From Vezdaea acicularis (taxonomy: Eukaryota): a stretch of DNA of 64,000 nt. Below are positions 12,003 to 25,218 of this stretch, one piece after another. Position numbers and translations under genes: made by a program. The notes beneath the pieces were generated by a model. It was given only the letters and a program-made list of their open reading frames with translations. It had not been told where the DNA came from and searched no databases. Within the stretch, counting starts at the first letter, position 1. Each line of letters opens with the position of its first letter. The stretch spans positions 1 to 64,000 of the forward strand of contig JAPEUI010000011.1 in the NCBI GenBank assembly GCA_026025075.1, written 5' to 3'.

Positions 12003-12930
12003 TCTAACGGTAGACAACTGATGAAGTGCGAGAGGTTGCACGGATTGTGAGATACGGCTCCGGAGTACGTCTGAGTCGGGTCTTGCATGAGCTGTAGGAC
12101 TATAAATTATTGAGGGCGATAGATATCAAGTTGTGCATCTGTCAAACTTGACATGCTGTGAAATAATCGGTTCATACCGTCGAAATTGCTGCCCTCCTAA
12201 GATCTCGGGCATGAATACATCCAAGTCCTGCCTCATTGCAATTTCGATTCTTCCGAGGGGACATTTCATGCGTGAAATTTCCTAAGCCAAGCATGCGTGA
12301 ATATATTTAGTTATTGTGAACTGGTTGTTAACAATCAGCAGCTTTAGCTCACTTGGGAGAGCGCCAGACTGAAGTTCACTTCAGTTTACACACTCTGTGC
12401 GGTATCTGGAGGTACTGTGTTCGATCCACAGAAGCTGCAATTTCTTTTCTTTTTGCGTTCATTTTGTCAATCATGAAAGATTTATTTGACCGTGGCATGA
12501 CGTGCCAACGGTTTGTTGGGAAGGGTTTTGCTCTTTTGTGATGGGATTTCCGTGATCACCCCATTCTGACTCTAAAGAAGGTCTGACTACCTGCCAAATC
12601 TCTTTTGTGAGTGAGCTAAATGAGAAAGTATTTATGCTGATTCTCGAGATCAGTCGATTCACTCTCAATTGATGCCCCTTACAATATGAAATGGATTAAA
12701 TGCCCAAACCCCAATGAATTGAATGAATTGACCGCCAGCTTAGAAATTCCATACCGCGCTTTCCTATTCAAGTCCTGGCCTAGCCGCAGCTTCCCCAACC
12801 AGATTACCTATTGATGAACCCCATCAGAACAATGGTCGTTGTCTTTCCCTTGCTAACTTCTTCTGGTCTATTCGTAAGATCATATCTTCCACCATAGCTT
12901 ACTTTTTGCAAACTAAGCTCATCTCTCCTC

Positions 12931-14058
12931 ATGAATCCATCTACTATATCACGAGCTACCCAACTGGCACAGGATAAATCTCGCATTCCTTCGGCAGGCT
13001 TCATAGACTATATTCGCACGATGGAACCATTAGGTCAAAGGGAGGATATCAACCGTCCGGAAATAGATTGGCGACAGCATCCTCGATGGAAACCTCTCAC
13101 CGAGTCGACGAGCAAGACCTCCCTAGCTGATTTTCTTGTGCCGGAGAGGTCTCGTACTCCGTCCCCATGGGCTCTTACGCCGACACCGGAATCACCACCG
13201 GAATCGTTTGTGCACCGCCGACGACGTAAGGAGTATGTTGTACGCCCCCCAGTGTTTCAGCTTCAGAAGACCTCCCTTGGGTCTACGACCATTCACAGGA
13301 TTGAGAATGATATACCCATTAGAACCTCCGAGCACAGCCAAGAGCAGAACTATAGTCGTCCTCTTCGTTCATCAAAGCTTGATCTAGAGGATTGGGAAGT
13401 GGCCTCCTCGTCGCACTTGAAGGGCATGTTAATCTTATGATCATGCATTCCCTGTTCTAATTGGCTCGAAGGTGTCACTAGTGTTCAAGTCTCACCGAGC
13501 AAGAATTCGTCGGATACGAGCACGACAAAAGGTAGTGGTGACACAGTCATTCCTTCAAGCGACAAATTCCAAGGAGTTATGAAGGGCACCATCGTTGTAT
13601 GGATAGGTGAAACCGTGACCAAAGAAGACAAAAGCTGTGATGTCAGATTTGGCGACGCTTTCCAGATCATCAAGATAGGCAGATATGGGCGAGCACTATG
13701 CAAAGACCTATCTAAACGGACTCTCAAGACTGAGCTGGACCGACAACCTAGCTGGAGGCTGAAGCTCAAGAAATCCATGAGCAAGCTCCGCTTGAGCGAA
13801 TCGAAGAGCGGGAATGAAAGTGATGCTGGGAAACACGCCGTCAAGCCGTTGGTCGTCAGCAAGATGCGCGAACGCAGCGTAGGATTGCCTTTAAGCCTTA
13901 CGACACCGTTGTGGAATCTGGGTTCATTTTGCGCAGAGCATGACGTGAAAGCGGAAGGGGTAAGTTCCCCAAGCGCTATCTGGATTCATAGGCTAACAGC
14001 CACACGCAGTACAGAAAGCCAAGCTAGGAGCAACTTTATTGTATTACTAGAAACATGA
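12931..14058 (+). CDS. Hypothetical protein, possibly with a degenerate interrupted SH3-like segment; exon structure uncertain
   Basis: Two consecutive same-strand ORFs (12931-13440 and 13579-14058) with an intron-like gap (CTAAT...AG, about 13425-13480). The segment DVRFGDAFQIIKI...GRALC...LPL loosely resembles SH3. Confidence 0.35.
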
Positions 14059-14231
14059 GACTATGCAAGCCACTTGAGCCAAAGCAAAACGCATCTTGTC
14101 CCCTCATGAGCCCCGAAAGATGAGAAACCCGACCTGATAAGTTCAGCCAAGATCCATTATGAAGCATACATTCATACTTCTCACCTATGTGTACATACAC
14201 GTGCTTCTTCTAACGTGCCCGCGCCCCTTTC

Positions 14232-15041
14232 CTACAAGATGAAAGCGAGGAAGCCCATGACACCAGCAAGAGCACCTGAGATGGGGACGAAGCCTGCAGC
14301 ACCACCAGTGAACGCTGACACCTCCTGAGCGTTGACATTTGCAGTAGTTGAAGCTGCAAAGCCCTGAGCGCTGACTTCAGAGCCATTGGCCGCAGCACTT
14401 GCAAACGGAGCACTGGCGATGGTGACGGGCACACCCTGGGGCGTGACTAATTGCTCAGACGCCAGAGATGCCGGCGCTAGGCTGGAACCTTGAGCAGAAA
14501 CCGGTGCCACAGCGGAGCCCTGGGCAGAGGCCACAACCACAGGTGAGCCTTGAGCGGTGACGGAAGCAGCTGCTGCGATAGGAGTAGATGTGGCGATGCA
14601 GACGGTACAGATGGTAAGGGTGGCAGTAGTAGGGGTAGAGTAACCGCATTCAGTGCTGCAGGCTTGAACAGTGACAGTAAAACCCTGGGGTACAACGGGC
14701 ACGACGGGAGCGCCAGTACCGCTTGCCGTGATCGTGTAAGTCTGGGTCGATTTGCCAGTAGGGCAGAAGGTCTCGTAGGCAGTAACGTAGGTCGTTGTGT
14801 AGGAAGTGATGTCTTGGGCTTGAGCGCTCTCGGTGCAGGTGGGACAGACGGTGATTATATCAGTGCTCGTGATAGTGCTTTCGCACGCTGTGGCGGTGCT
14901 GCAGTCGCTGTAGTACTCCGTAGTGGTATAGGAGGATGTGCTGGACGCAGGACTGACCGATGCGGTGTCAGAAGAGGTTGTAGTGTCCTGGGCATATGCC
15001 CGAACGGCAAGTAAAGCGGATGCCAAGATAGCGGCTTTCAT
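14232..15041 (-). CDS. GPI-anchored Ser/Thr-rich cell-wall protein
   Basis: Signal peptide MKAAILASALLAVRAYA, Thr/Cys-rich core (TAYETFCPTG), AQGS repeats, and C-terminal FTGGA plus a hydrophobic GPI-type tail. Confidence 0.85.
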   Translation of the reverse strand: MKAAILASALLAVRAYAQDTTTSSDTASVSPASSTSSYTTTEYYSDCSTATACESTITSTDIITVCPTCTESAQAQDITSYTTTYVTAYETFCPTGKSTQTYTITASGTGAPVVPVVPQGFTVTVQACSTECGYSTPTTATLTICTVCIATSTPIAAAASVTAQGSPVVVASAQGSAVAPVSAQGSSLAPASLASEQLVTPQGVPVTIASAPFASAAANGSEVSAQGFAASTTANVNAQEVSAFTGGAAGFVPISGALAGVMGFLAFIL

Positions 15042-16276
15042 TTTGACTATGGTAAACGGTGGTATGAAATGGGATGTAAACGGTATGATGATTGTGATGC
15101 AAGACGAGATGCTGCAAAGAGTGACTGGAAGACGAGTCTTCTGGAGCAAATGAATAGGAAAATATTTGGCTTCGTGGAGAGAATCAAAGAGACTGAATGA
15201 TGATTGAGACGGAAATCATCCGTATTCTTATATTGGTACTGCAGTGCCACATTCTTAACGCAAATTACGCGTCTAAAGATTGACTTGGAAGCAAACAAAT
15301 AACAAGATACCTTGCTGATGCGATGTTCATTAATGCTAGAATAGGGAATGTACTTATGGAATGTGAGGATGCGAGGAGCGGAATACACTTGGATCAACAT
15401 GGCAAACCAACAGATTCGGGTTCCAGGGACTGAAGGGCAGTATCCACCCTGTGAGGGCGCACCATCATACCGCCCCCTTACTTGAGCACGAGTCGATTGA
15501 AATCGCCTCTCTCCACCTCATGGTCGATTGCCTCATGACTCTGGTCGTTGAACGAAGTCATTCAAAGGGCTGCAAGTAGTGTATAGAGGAATTTGCTGTC
15601 TATCATACTTCGAAATGTAACCCCAAAATTTCGACACTTCCCGTCCATCACCCCAATTTAATGGAATAACACGGAGAGGAAGCTTCCTGAAGGGTGATCT
15701 CCATCTCCAGAGCCACTCACTCAATTAAGAGTAATGGCAACTCAACGCGCTACGGAGGCAAACAAGCGGTGGTCGTGGCTGGCCCTGTTAACTTTTTGAT
15801 GTTGAGAGAAACGGAGGACGAGCCCGGACTGCAACTTATACCCACGAGATTTTTTGAGAGTCATGTGACCCCACGATAAAGTCTGCCGGTTTGACGTTTA
15901 TCCGGCGCATAATCAAGCGAGGCCAGAGATGCGATTTGAGAAAGCGATCTTGAGCATGTTCTTTAATAACAACTTAAATCCACGCCGCCATTAAGCGCTT
16001 TCCAGATTAAAGTTCGCTTCAGATCCGTCCGAGTGATTTGGTTTCCATCCCGTTACTTCATGTCCGTTCTAGTCAACTCGTCTCTGAGACAGAGAACCGA
16101 GATTGTTCCATCCAAGGATGGGATTTTGCTGCTTGAGCCACATATTGATCAATGCTCTGTGCGTACGACTGCCAATTTCATGCCCCGTGAAATGAAGGAA
16201 ATCTTTACGTTTAAAACCCTTTAGGCGTTTTCTGTTTCTTCACTTAGCGTATGCGCAAGATACCCACTCTCTCGAG

Positions 16277-17077
16277 ATGCGTCTACATTTCCTCTATCTT
16301 GTTATATTCTCTTTCGTACAATTACCAGCGACGGCTAAAAACCCTTTCATGGTATTATGCTGGGATTATCCATTGCTGCCTACAGAGACGTCCGGCGAGC
16401 TTGCAATTGATCCGCGCGAAAAGGGCAACACGTATTGGGCCTGCGTAGAGACACCTGATCTACCTACCGGCGGCTGCGTCTGCACAATTGATGGCCTGCT
16501 CGAATGCCACCCACGGGGGTTTAGGCCCGCATTAGTCGGCACTGCATATAAGAGTATTTGCGAACAGAAATGTGCATGTTATCCAAGGAAAGACGATTGG
16601 GCTAGGAATGCAGAGAGGATGAAGAGGGCAGCCGATCGACTACGGGGTGTAAGTGGGAGGGTAAAGACATCATGGACCAGCAGGGCCAGGAAAGGTTCGT
16701 CGAGCAAAGACTTAGGAACCAGCGATGGTACGACTTCGAGAAGGAATTGCGCTTGGGGCGCCGAATGTTCTTCGACGCTAGATTGTACAAGAAAAGGGGC
16801 GACTTGCGGGGATTGGATATGTGGAGCGCAGCAAGTCGGATCAGGCCGAACAAGAAGCAACCAAGGTACAAGTTTAGGCTTAGGCTCTGGCCTATACACC
16901 GAGTCAGCCACGTTCCTCGGTGGCTGTATGCCGAATATGTTGAGGAAACGGGATGAGATAGCTACACCGTGTGCCTGTAATGCGACGTACGTCTCACACA
17001 CTTGCTGCCTTGCTGGAAATGGAATTGTACATGAGGGTCCAGAAGCAAAGCTAGGATGGTTGGTGGATCAAGGATGA
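16277..17077 (+). CDS. Secreted cysteine-rich protein (266 aa, 18 Cys)
   Basis: Hydrophobic signal peptide, three Cys clusters, dibasic KR sites, and C-terminal CACNATYVSHTCC...GIVHE.PEAKLG.L. Confidence 0.8.
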   Translation: MRLHFLYLVIFSFVQLPATAKNPFMVLCWDYPLLPTETSGELAIDPREKGNTYWACVETPDLPTGGCVCTIDGLLECHPRGFRPALVGTAYKSICEQKCACYPRKDDWARNAERMKRAADRLRGVSGRVKTSWTSRARKGSSSKDLGTSDGTTSRRNCAWGAECSSTLDCTRKGATCGDWICGAQQVGSGRTRSNQGTSLGLGSGLYTESATFLGGCMPNMLRKRDEIATPCACNATYVSHTCCLAGNGIVHEGPEAKLGWLVDQG

Positions 17078-17254
17078 TGCGTCGAATTACGTTCTTGACT
17101 GATTGACTGAACATTATATTATTGATAGTCACTTTCATCTAGAAAGTAATGCTCTATGATGCCTTTACAAAAGTACTCCTTGCCTTACCCTTTACTATGC
17201 AAACTCAGAACGTTGAATTCCCTTTATGCTCCAATCTCTGGCGTTGAAGCAAGC

Positions 17255-18826
17255 CTACGCTGAAGTCCAACCTGTAGTCCGTGAACACTCTAATTGTGCT
17301 CTTTGGAATGCTCCCGCAAAAATCTCTTGCATAGCATGATAATGGAATAGGATACCACCTAGTACAGCAAGGTGCCACAAGTTATGGCTACCCCCAATAT
17401 AGTCGAACCCACCAGGCCACCATCGCTCTGGTATCTGACTTGCGTAGACAATGGCGCCGCACAGGTAGATAGCGACGCTTTTCATGATAGGGGCATAGAA
17501 GTAGTAGGACCATTCTGGCCCACGGGTGATGTTGAGCTGAAACACGGGTAGGAGGCCCGTCGCGCCGAGCATGCAATAGAACGCTACTCGTGCCCAGCTC
17601 ATATCGGCCCGGTTAAATGTAGGGTACCACGGGAGAATAACGCCGCCAATACCAAGAGCACCGGTCATTATAATATACGACCATTGGCTTACCGGCTCAC
17701 AGTAGAACGCGGTGTACTCTATCGTCATGATAGAAGCCGCGATCAGCAGCGAAATGCCTGTGTAATCTACACAAGCAAAACGTTCCATGAGGGTTTGTTC
17801 GGCGATACTATTCATAGTATGCCACATGGTGCTGCAGACCAGGCATTTGCATGCTGCGAAGAAGAATACTGCGGCTATAAAAATGTCCGTTTTGGTACTG
17901 AGCGAGAAGTTGACGCTCATAGGATAGAAGTAGAAGGCGATGGCCAAGACAATCATCAGCCCGATGGCGTGTGACCAAATATTGACCAGCTCGTTGGATA
18001 TGCTAACTACCGATCGTACGCAGTCGATTTTCGTTTCGGAGAAGCGGTAGCCTTTTATTATATGAGGATTCACGCGCCAAGGGTGCGGGAGGTCTTCATA
18101 TTTGATGAGTCCATGTTCCCTTGCACGTTGTATGGCACTCTCGATGCTCTCCCGAAGCTGATGTTTTGCTCTTCGTGCGCGATCGATGCCTTCGTCGACT
18201 ACTTCGCGAGCCTTTCCCAGGCCTTCGTCGACCCGTCGCTTGCCCTGACCCACGAGCCCTTCGGCCATGCTCCCGAAACTGGTATCTCTCATTGACTGAG
18301 CTTTGGCTTCAAAGTCAATCAACAAGTCCTCCATCATCTTGATGCCAACATGCACCTTCTGATCTAATGTGTCCCGAGTTGCTAAGACTTCATTATATCG
18401 ACTCTCGAGGGTTTCCACTAGGACCTTAGCCCTTCGCCTCCCAGCGCCGATAAGTTCGTCGGAAGCCTGCGAACACGATTCTCGAACCGCATAAAGCGTT
18501 GAATACGCACGCGACACGCCAGCGTCCAAGTTGAAGCTGCCCAGCGACTCCTGAAAGTCTAGACGGCGACCAAGCTCGGAAAGGAATAAGTCGACCTATT
18601 TGCATAAGTCGAGGAACGGATTGTTCAACGCCATGGGCGTGCTTACTTTGAGAAGGATAGTATCATCATCCCAATGACCAGAAGACGTCCTCCTAATATG
18701 GTACGACGAGTGTCGGCGCTTTCGTCTCTTCTGAGCAGGTCCACCGCCGATATCGCTTCCAGAGGTCGCTCCTAATGTAGCCTCCTCATACGACTCAACC
18801 GTCAGCGAGGTATGGGCGCATGCCAT
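17255..18826 (-). CDS. PAQR/HlyIII (IZH family, Izh3-like) membrane protein
   Basis: Intron 18646-18596. Motifs NELVNIWSH, STMWH, DYTGISLLI, PERWWPGGFDYIGGSHNLWH; about seven hydrophobic segments after a long coiled N-terminus. Confidence 0.92.
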
Positions 18827-19437
18827 CGTTGTTTGATGGAGGAGACTTTGTAGGCAGAGGTGGCTTAACAAGCTTAGGCTTAGTTCATCTGATGAGTGTC
18901 CATACGGTTGTAAAGTCGTCGATATCTCGATGATTAGGAATGGAGTTGGCGGGGCCACCAGGCTTTAGGTAGGGTCGGATGAATTAAGCAAGTGGAGAGA
19001 AGCGTTCAATGCGCAATCGATCTTGCATGTGTGAATACGTGTTGGGGCTGCTGGTGACGAGGGGCGAATCCGGGGCCGCAGATGGGGCACATGAAGAAGT
19101 GCACATGAATTACCCGATGCGGCATGCGACAGGGGTGACTTTCATCAAGTCCATTTCCGACTAGTGCCAGCTTCAGTGTAACCATCACTTGAAGATGGCA
19201 TTGAATATATGACACAGTGTCAGTCGGAGCCATTGGCGACATGATATAGGAACAGATGATAAAGAGGCAGTTTCATTCGTTATCTTTTTTACAAGCTCTC
19301 GGAGTTTTCTGCGCCCTTTGACTGGTGATCTGGGGTCCCTGAATTGCATACTCGCTTAAGGCCAAAGCCTCCGGAATCTTCCATATGCTCATGAGATAAA
19401 AACGTACGATATAACATCACCTTTTTCACCAGCAATC

Positions 19438-20192
19438 ATGACAATCGGCGATATTGTCACGGATCCTTTCCTCCAATCTCTATTGATAACATCAGAGAGA
19501 ACACGCCAACAATGCAACGTTCTGGTGGATCTTATTGAATCCAACTCGTTAGAGCTGGACCAGACGCCGTCGGAAGCGGTCCTACTAGAGATCTCTAGAC
19601 AGCAAAAAAACCTTCATTCTCATCTTGCTCAACTTCGTGGGTTAAATCGAGAGGCTGTCCTCGGTGTCCGACAAACAAAGCAAGCCACTACCGAGGCGCG
19701 CCAAGAGGTAGACAAACTACATTTACAGCTCCAAAACCTCTATTACGAACAGAAACATCTAAGAGGGGAGATCGCCGCCTGTGAGGCATATGAGTACGTC
19801 GACGCTATACATATGATCAATAGTATTGCTGCATGCTGATCCAATTGGTCTTAGCCACAAGTACCAGCAACTACCTCTCATTTCTACGGAAGAATTTATC
19901 CAGATGTTTCCAGAGCATAAAGATGCTGACGAGGATACCTTGATGAGAGCGCGCATTACACATGAGTATACAGAGCGAGATGCTCTTGAACAAGAGAGAC
20001 AAGGGCTATTGAAGAAAAAGCAGGAACTCATTGCAGATAATAAAAAACGAAGAGATGACCTAGCAAACCTAGATCAAGACCTTGAAAAATTCATCGATGT
20101 ATGCAGTACGCGTATCTGGCACATACCATACGACTTGCTAACTATGACAGGCTGCCAAACCAATACAGAAAACTTTCCAAAAAGAGTACTAA
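19438..20192 (+). CDS. THO complex subunit 5 / Fms-interacting-protein domain protein
   Basis: Introns 19794-19854 and 20099-20150. Coiled-coil motif EVDKLHLQLQNLYYEQKHLRGEIAAC...LPLISTEEF...MRARITHE. Confidence 0.85.
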
Positions 20193-20387
20193 AATCGTAT
20201 TATGACTCTGAACTCAGTAATTCATCTAGTGCACGACAGGAGCGTGGCTCGAGGATGATTTCTCAGCTCAATATACCGTCGTACGATCTCACATTATGCC
20301 TCTATTCTGAGCTCTTGAGTCTTCACTGTTCGAGCTGGTATATACACAAGATGATTGTGGTACCAAGACCTCCAGGATAAAGGGACT

Positions 20388-21291
20388 TCACGCGAGATGC
20401 TTATTGAACCAAGCAATTCCTTGCTTTTCCGCATCATCCATGGCTTTCTTATCCTTCTCGCTGCTAAAATCACCTCTGATAGCAAAGCCATGGACTTGAT
20501 CCTCGTACACCGTAACTTCGGAGTCCAGGCCTGGCTTATTGGACAAAATATCCTTGATCTTCTTAACCGAATCGTTATCTAACAGACTGTCCTTGTCTCC
20601 TACTGCTAGGGCAACGGGTTTCGTTACGGGGTCAATGTCAGCGGGAACCTCCAGAAGTCCTGGATGGCAGGAGAATGCGGCGTCAGCACCACCAGAGCCC
20701 TCGTGGGCATGTGCCTCCAATATTGCGTATCTGCCACCCCAACAGAACCCAATCACTCCAATCTTTCCGGTCCCTGGAATTTTTCGCACATGATCAATGA
20801 ATTTGTCAAGCAGGGGCTTGACTGTACTCTGGGGATGCTTAAGCAACCAAGGCGGTAGGGTAGTTCCGACAGTAGCCGTATTCTTTGTTTTATCTATGAG
20901 GCTGAGTTGTTCTCGCTTCTTCAAGGGGGGTTCGACGCTCTGAAGGAACTCAATTGGAAGTGAATCGCCTTGGTGGAGGTCGGGAATATAGACGTACAGG
21001 CCACCCTTAGCATATTGGTCTGCCAAAAGGCGAGCATTAACGAATTCATAGCCGAATACTGTAGACGGACATGATAAGCAACCAGCCGTCTCCAAGCAGG
21101 TATTATGGCTTCAATCGGGATGCTTGGGACTCACTATCGGTGATGTAGATGAGGGTCTTCGCCTTCGATTTGTTTTCCGGCTCAGAGATATATGTTGGGA
21201 GATCGCCAATAGTCTCGACCTTGCCAACCGGTTTACCTTCCTGGAGTTTACCAGAAAGGCAGCAAGATGATAATCCTGAGTGAGTCGACAT
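20388..21291 (-). CDS. Dienelactone hydrolase family alpha/beta hydrolase
   Basis: Intron 21134-21059. N-terminal CC, DIFG, nucleophile motif GFCWGG, Asp (GDKD) and His (VHGFAIRG). Confidence 0.92.
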
Positions 21292-22958
21292 TTTCCTTTT
21301 TATGTTTGGAATTAGGAGAACTCAAACGTTTGATAAAGAGATGCGGAGAAATTTATAACCGGGACCTCCGATTAAGATGCGGGGAGGATCACTGAATGAG
21401 CGGGGACCTAATCACGTGTTGGAGAGATGGCAATTGAGAACCTTGGCGTATTTTACTAATGGGAATGTTATCTCGTCATTCCTTCCGACTCGTCAGGACC
21501 CTGATGGTTGATCGATTGCTTGCCCTCCATGTGATGCCCCTTCCTCCTCAGAACACTAAGATGACGACGGCTCCACTGGGTGTCGTCAACCCATAGCTTA
21601 GCCTGCCTGTAACTTGCGCTAGATACACATCACGTGATCTTCTATCGATAAGACCGTGGGGTAACGCTGAGGCACGGCAAGTTATTCATCTGCATAATTA
21701 CTGGAGTTTGGCATGCTTGCTTTTATTCTGTGTGGCGCCTTTGCCTATACCCCGTAGAGACTAGTCTGGCCGCCGGCTCGTCTGTCCACATATCAGCCCG
21801 AGAAACGACGTCATCAGCCACGTTTGTAAAGAAGACTGCAGCTTCGGCATTAATTTACGGATGAATAGACGCATCTCATGAACTTCATGACGATCATGTG
21901 CGATGCTGATCTAGACTCGAGGACGACGTGCACGGGCGTACTTTGCAGGGAGGGCCATTGCCCTGCCAGCACCTGCTTGGAGCACAACATGGCCAATGCT
22001 TCATGTTGGAAAGTATCCGAAAGTTCTCTTTCGGGCGGGACCCTGAATTCAAAACGTCTGAAACGCCCGATTTACTTCAGTTAGGTCTCAAGGAGCTGAT
22101 ACGGAGGTAGAAATGTTGGAAAGCGAGACCTATAGATCGTCTTTGTCCATCACACTCGGCTTCGTACGTGTTAGGCCTGCCGAAGTAAAGTAGGATTGGA
22201 CATGATGCAGTGATTTGAGATTGTTACGGGTTGTCTTTAGGAATCGTGGTCGCAGATTGGCGGTCAACTCAGAATGGCAGGTCCATCGAAGCGGCCTCTC
22301 GGATGCACACTTGCCGATCAGGCCAATCAGCGCCAATGACATCGGTGCCCAACGCCTGACGCGCCACACAAAAAAGGCAACTATCGTCAGACTGCTAAGG
22401 TAACGATACACATCAGCTTCGTCCACTTTCCGCTGCGGCTGAACTTGAAGCCAATTGAGATGTGCCACAACCATACTCTCATCCGACTGATGCCTTACCC
22501 GACTCATTGTCCATAGCAAACTTAAATCCGTGCCGTTTCTGGGCGTAATGGGCTTGTTTAGGGCTATTGGCCTGCATTAAACTAACTGTCTGGCGTCATC
22601 AGATTGGGGTATTGAGATGAGAAGGGTCCATAAGAACTTGACTCCCTCCTGGATAATATCTAAAGCCTACACTCTTGGAATCGAACACTTCAGAATAAGA
22701 GCTACTGAAAGAGAAGTTACTATTTTGTGTACGAGAACCTAAATTTAGTTGTTCGGACTTAAGTGGTAAGCCCCTTCTCAGGAGGTTTCTTACTTTTTCT
22801 ATCACCGGATTGCCTTGCGGCCGTGGAGGTAGAGATCACTCCACAGTTCAATCTATCCCCGGAAAAGGAGACTAAGCAGAAGGTGCCGATTTGTCTTGAC
22901 ATTGACTAGGAGCTGGATATCCTGCCACTTACATATTGGTAAATATTTCCCGGAAATT

Positions 22959-24164
22959 ATGTCATCTATACGGCTTACTAGGGACTTGACCGCCCCTCCC
23001 GCTATCTTCCGAACCGATCGTAGGCCAATTGTACCTCTCGGCCCTTCGCTCCGCCCAGTCCCCAGGTCAGGATATTCTTCCGGAACATGAATCCTCTTTC
23101 TTAAGTTGGATTCTCCTCAAAGATGCTAACCATTCCAAAGTGCAGCACAATTTCCTACCACTGCCCCTGTTGCTCCAACTCGCAGCGCCTCTTTGGATCT
23201 TGGGCACGAGCCTCGAAATCGGTATGGCCCTTCCAAGTATCGAGGAGGCTATCGCTAAGCTTTAAGCTCTGAAATCATTCCTCCATTACGTGCTTTGCAA
23301 ACTTTGCCATCGGCATCTACCAACATGGCACGCGCTATGACAGCATACCAACCGCAGGCCTTCGCGCCATACTCCGACCCTTATTACAGCCGTCGCAGTT
23401 CTAGTTCAGTCTCTAGTGACTATGGTCCAATCGGATATCAGTACCCTGCGAACCAACCCTCTCCGGTATGGGACAGTAGGCCAACTCGCGTCTCGCCTGA
23501 GAGATATGCATATGAACAAGATTATGATCCAATGGACTATGGCCAAGACGTTTCTGGACAGCGTTCCTCCTCTATTGTACAAACAAAAACCCACAGTCAA
23601 AGGCGTCCCTCTAACAGGGATGAGTTCGATGGACCAACTCAATTGTTGAATCTGCCACCTCCCGAGAAGATTGCTCGTCAGGATAGTGAGCTTCCCCGCT
23701 TACCAACTAATTTATACGTTCCGGAACAGGATGATATCCTCTCTAAAGTCAATGACTGCCTCTCAGGATGTGCTTTCGATTTTGTTGCAAAGTATCAATT
23801 TCCTATACCCAAGGAGTCCGATAAGAGGCCAGTAGAAGTACCAGGTGATCGTGAATGGACAGAGTGGGTTTTCCTTCTCAAAAGACTGGCCACTAAGAGA
23901 CGCATTCCGGCTCGAGTTTTATATAATGGACAGATAAAGCAGCTCGTGACAGTACTTGAGAATTCGCTCGAGATGCGTCATGCTGCAAAACACCAGTCAC
24001 GTCCTGTCAAGGATGATAGAAACGTACTACAGCTCATTTCTGCCGGGATCCAAGTCGCTAAAATACTAAAAGATGCAATTGCCATGGAATATTTAGATCG
24101 ATTATATGTTAGTACAGAAAGGCTAATCCAAAGCCGAAAGAACCTCAATGGATACTCGACGTAA
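22959..24164 (+). CDS. Conserved-looking fungal hypothetical protein
   Basis: Phase-consistent model with exons 22959-23065, 23141-23221 and 23267-24164 (GT-AG introns with branch sites). Ordered C-terminal domain FDFVAKYQFPIP...REWTEWVFLLKRLATKRRIP...LQLISAGIQVAKILKDA. Confidence 0.75.
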
Positions 24165-25218
24165 GTCTGGCGAGGCTGACGGGATGAGCTTCTACATCTC
24201 AAAAGGACATCTCCTTTGAGGGCGGACATGCTCTCTGGATTGATGGCCACAGGATGTCCGGACAGGGTTCTCAGATTGGCTCTTCCTCATTTAAACAGGA
24301 TTTTATGATTTCCCCTCGGAAGTTGATTGCTTTATGACCATTACATACGTTCACGGACTGATAGCCACCCTGGCTTATTGGACTTTTTTGGATTGGACAG
24401 TACGTTCTTCCCCAAGTGAAGAATGGCTCGCTCGGAAAAGCGTTATTTTTCGTAAGATCAACCGGGCCAACGGACTTCTTTTTAAAACCCCCATCCCCAC
24501 TTTTGGATCTGGAGTGGCCAAATTACCTCACTTTCCGCTTCAATGAGAGAACGAATTTTCTGGACGTTACTTTTTCAGCCTTTGAATGAAGCATGTCATT
24601 CCACGGGAGGCTTTGTCATTCTGGGGGGGTTTTCCAGAGATCATTCAGCGGATCTACTGAGTTCTCCCATGTGTGTTTGGTGGATTTTTTACTATGTTTT
24701 CCTCGTCTCTCTCTTTCATTCACAAAACTAGCCCCTGGAGTCTACACTGCGACAGATTTTAAAAGGCAATTTATTATTTACCCTACTCTCTCTTGAGTTG
24801 CAATTCCCGACAGTGATAGGTTCCGAGAACCCCTTTTGCATCTTCGTCTCCCAGCATATTGCTACGCCCGTAGTCAAAGCCTGCCAAAGTATAAACCCAA
24901 CGCCCCGTGAGATGTCTCAAATTTACCTGCCGCCTGGAGTTTTGTATCTCCAACGCTCTGTCCCACAACAATCGTGCTCAAGCGCCAATCGTGCATTACC
25001 CGTTCCCCAAACCTTCCCGCTCAACCTCATACTCATCCAAGACTCTACCCCAACCCGCCCCTCTCAGCCTCAGCCTCGTCCCACCGGAAAAGAGAACGCC
25101 CAACCCAGCCCCCTGAACCTTGTCCCCCGACCATGTATACAGCCTCCCCTGCCCCTGCCGAGCCTCATCCCTTAAACCCAACCCTCACCACCACCCCCAC
25201 CACCAGCACCAACACCGC

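Noticed and set aside
23224..23265. Apparent uORF MALPSIEEAIAKL
   Set aside because: It lies inside a predicted 45-nt intron (23222-23266) of a phase-consistent gene model.
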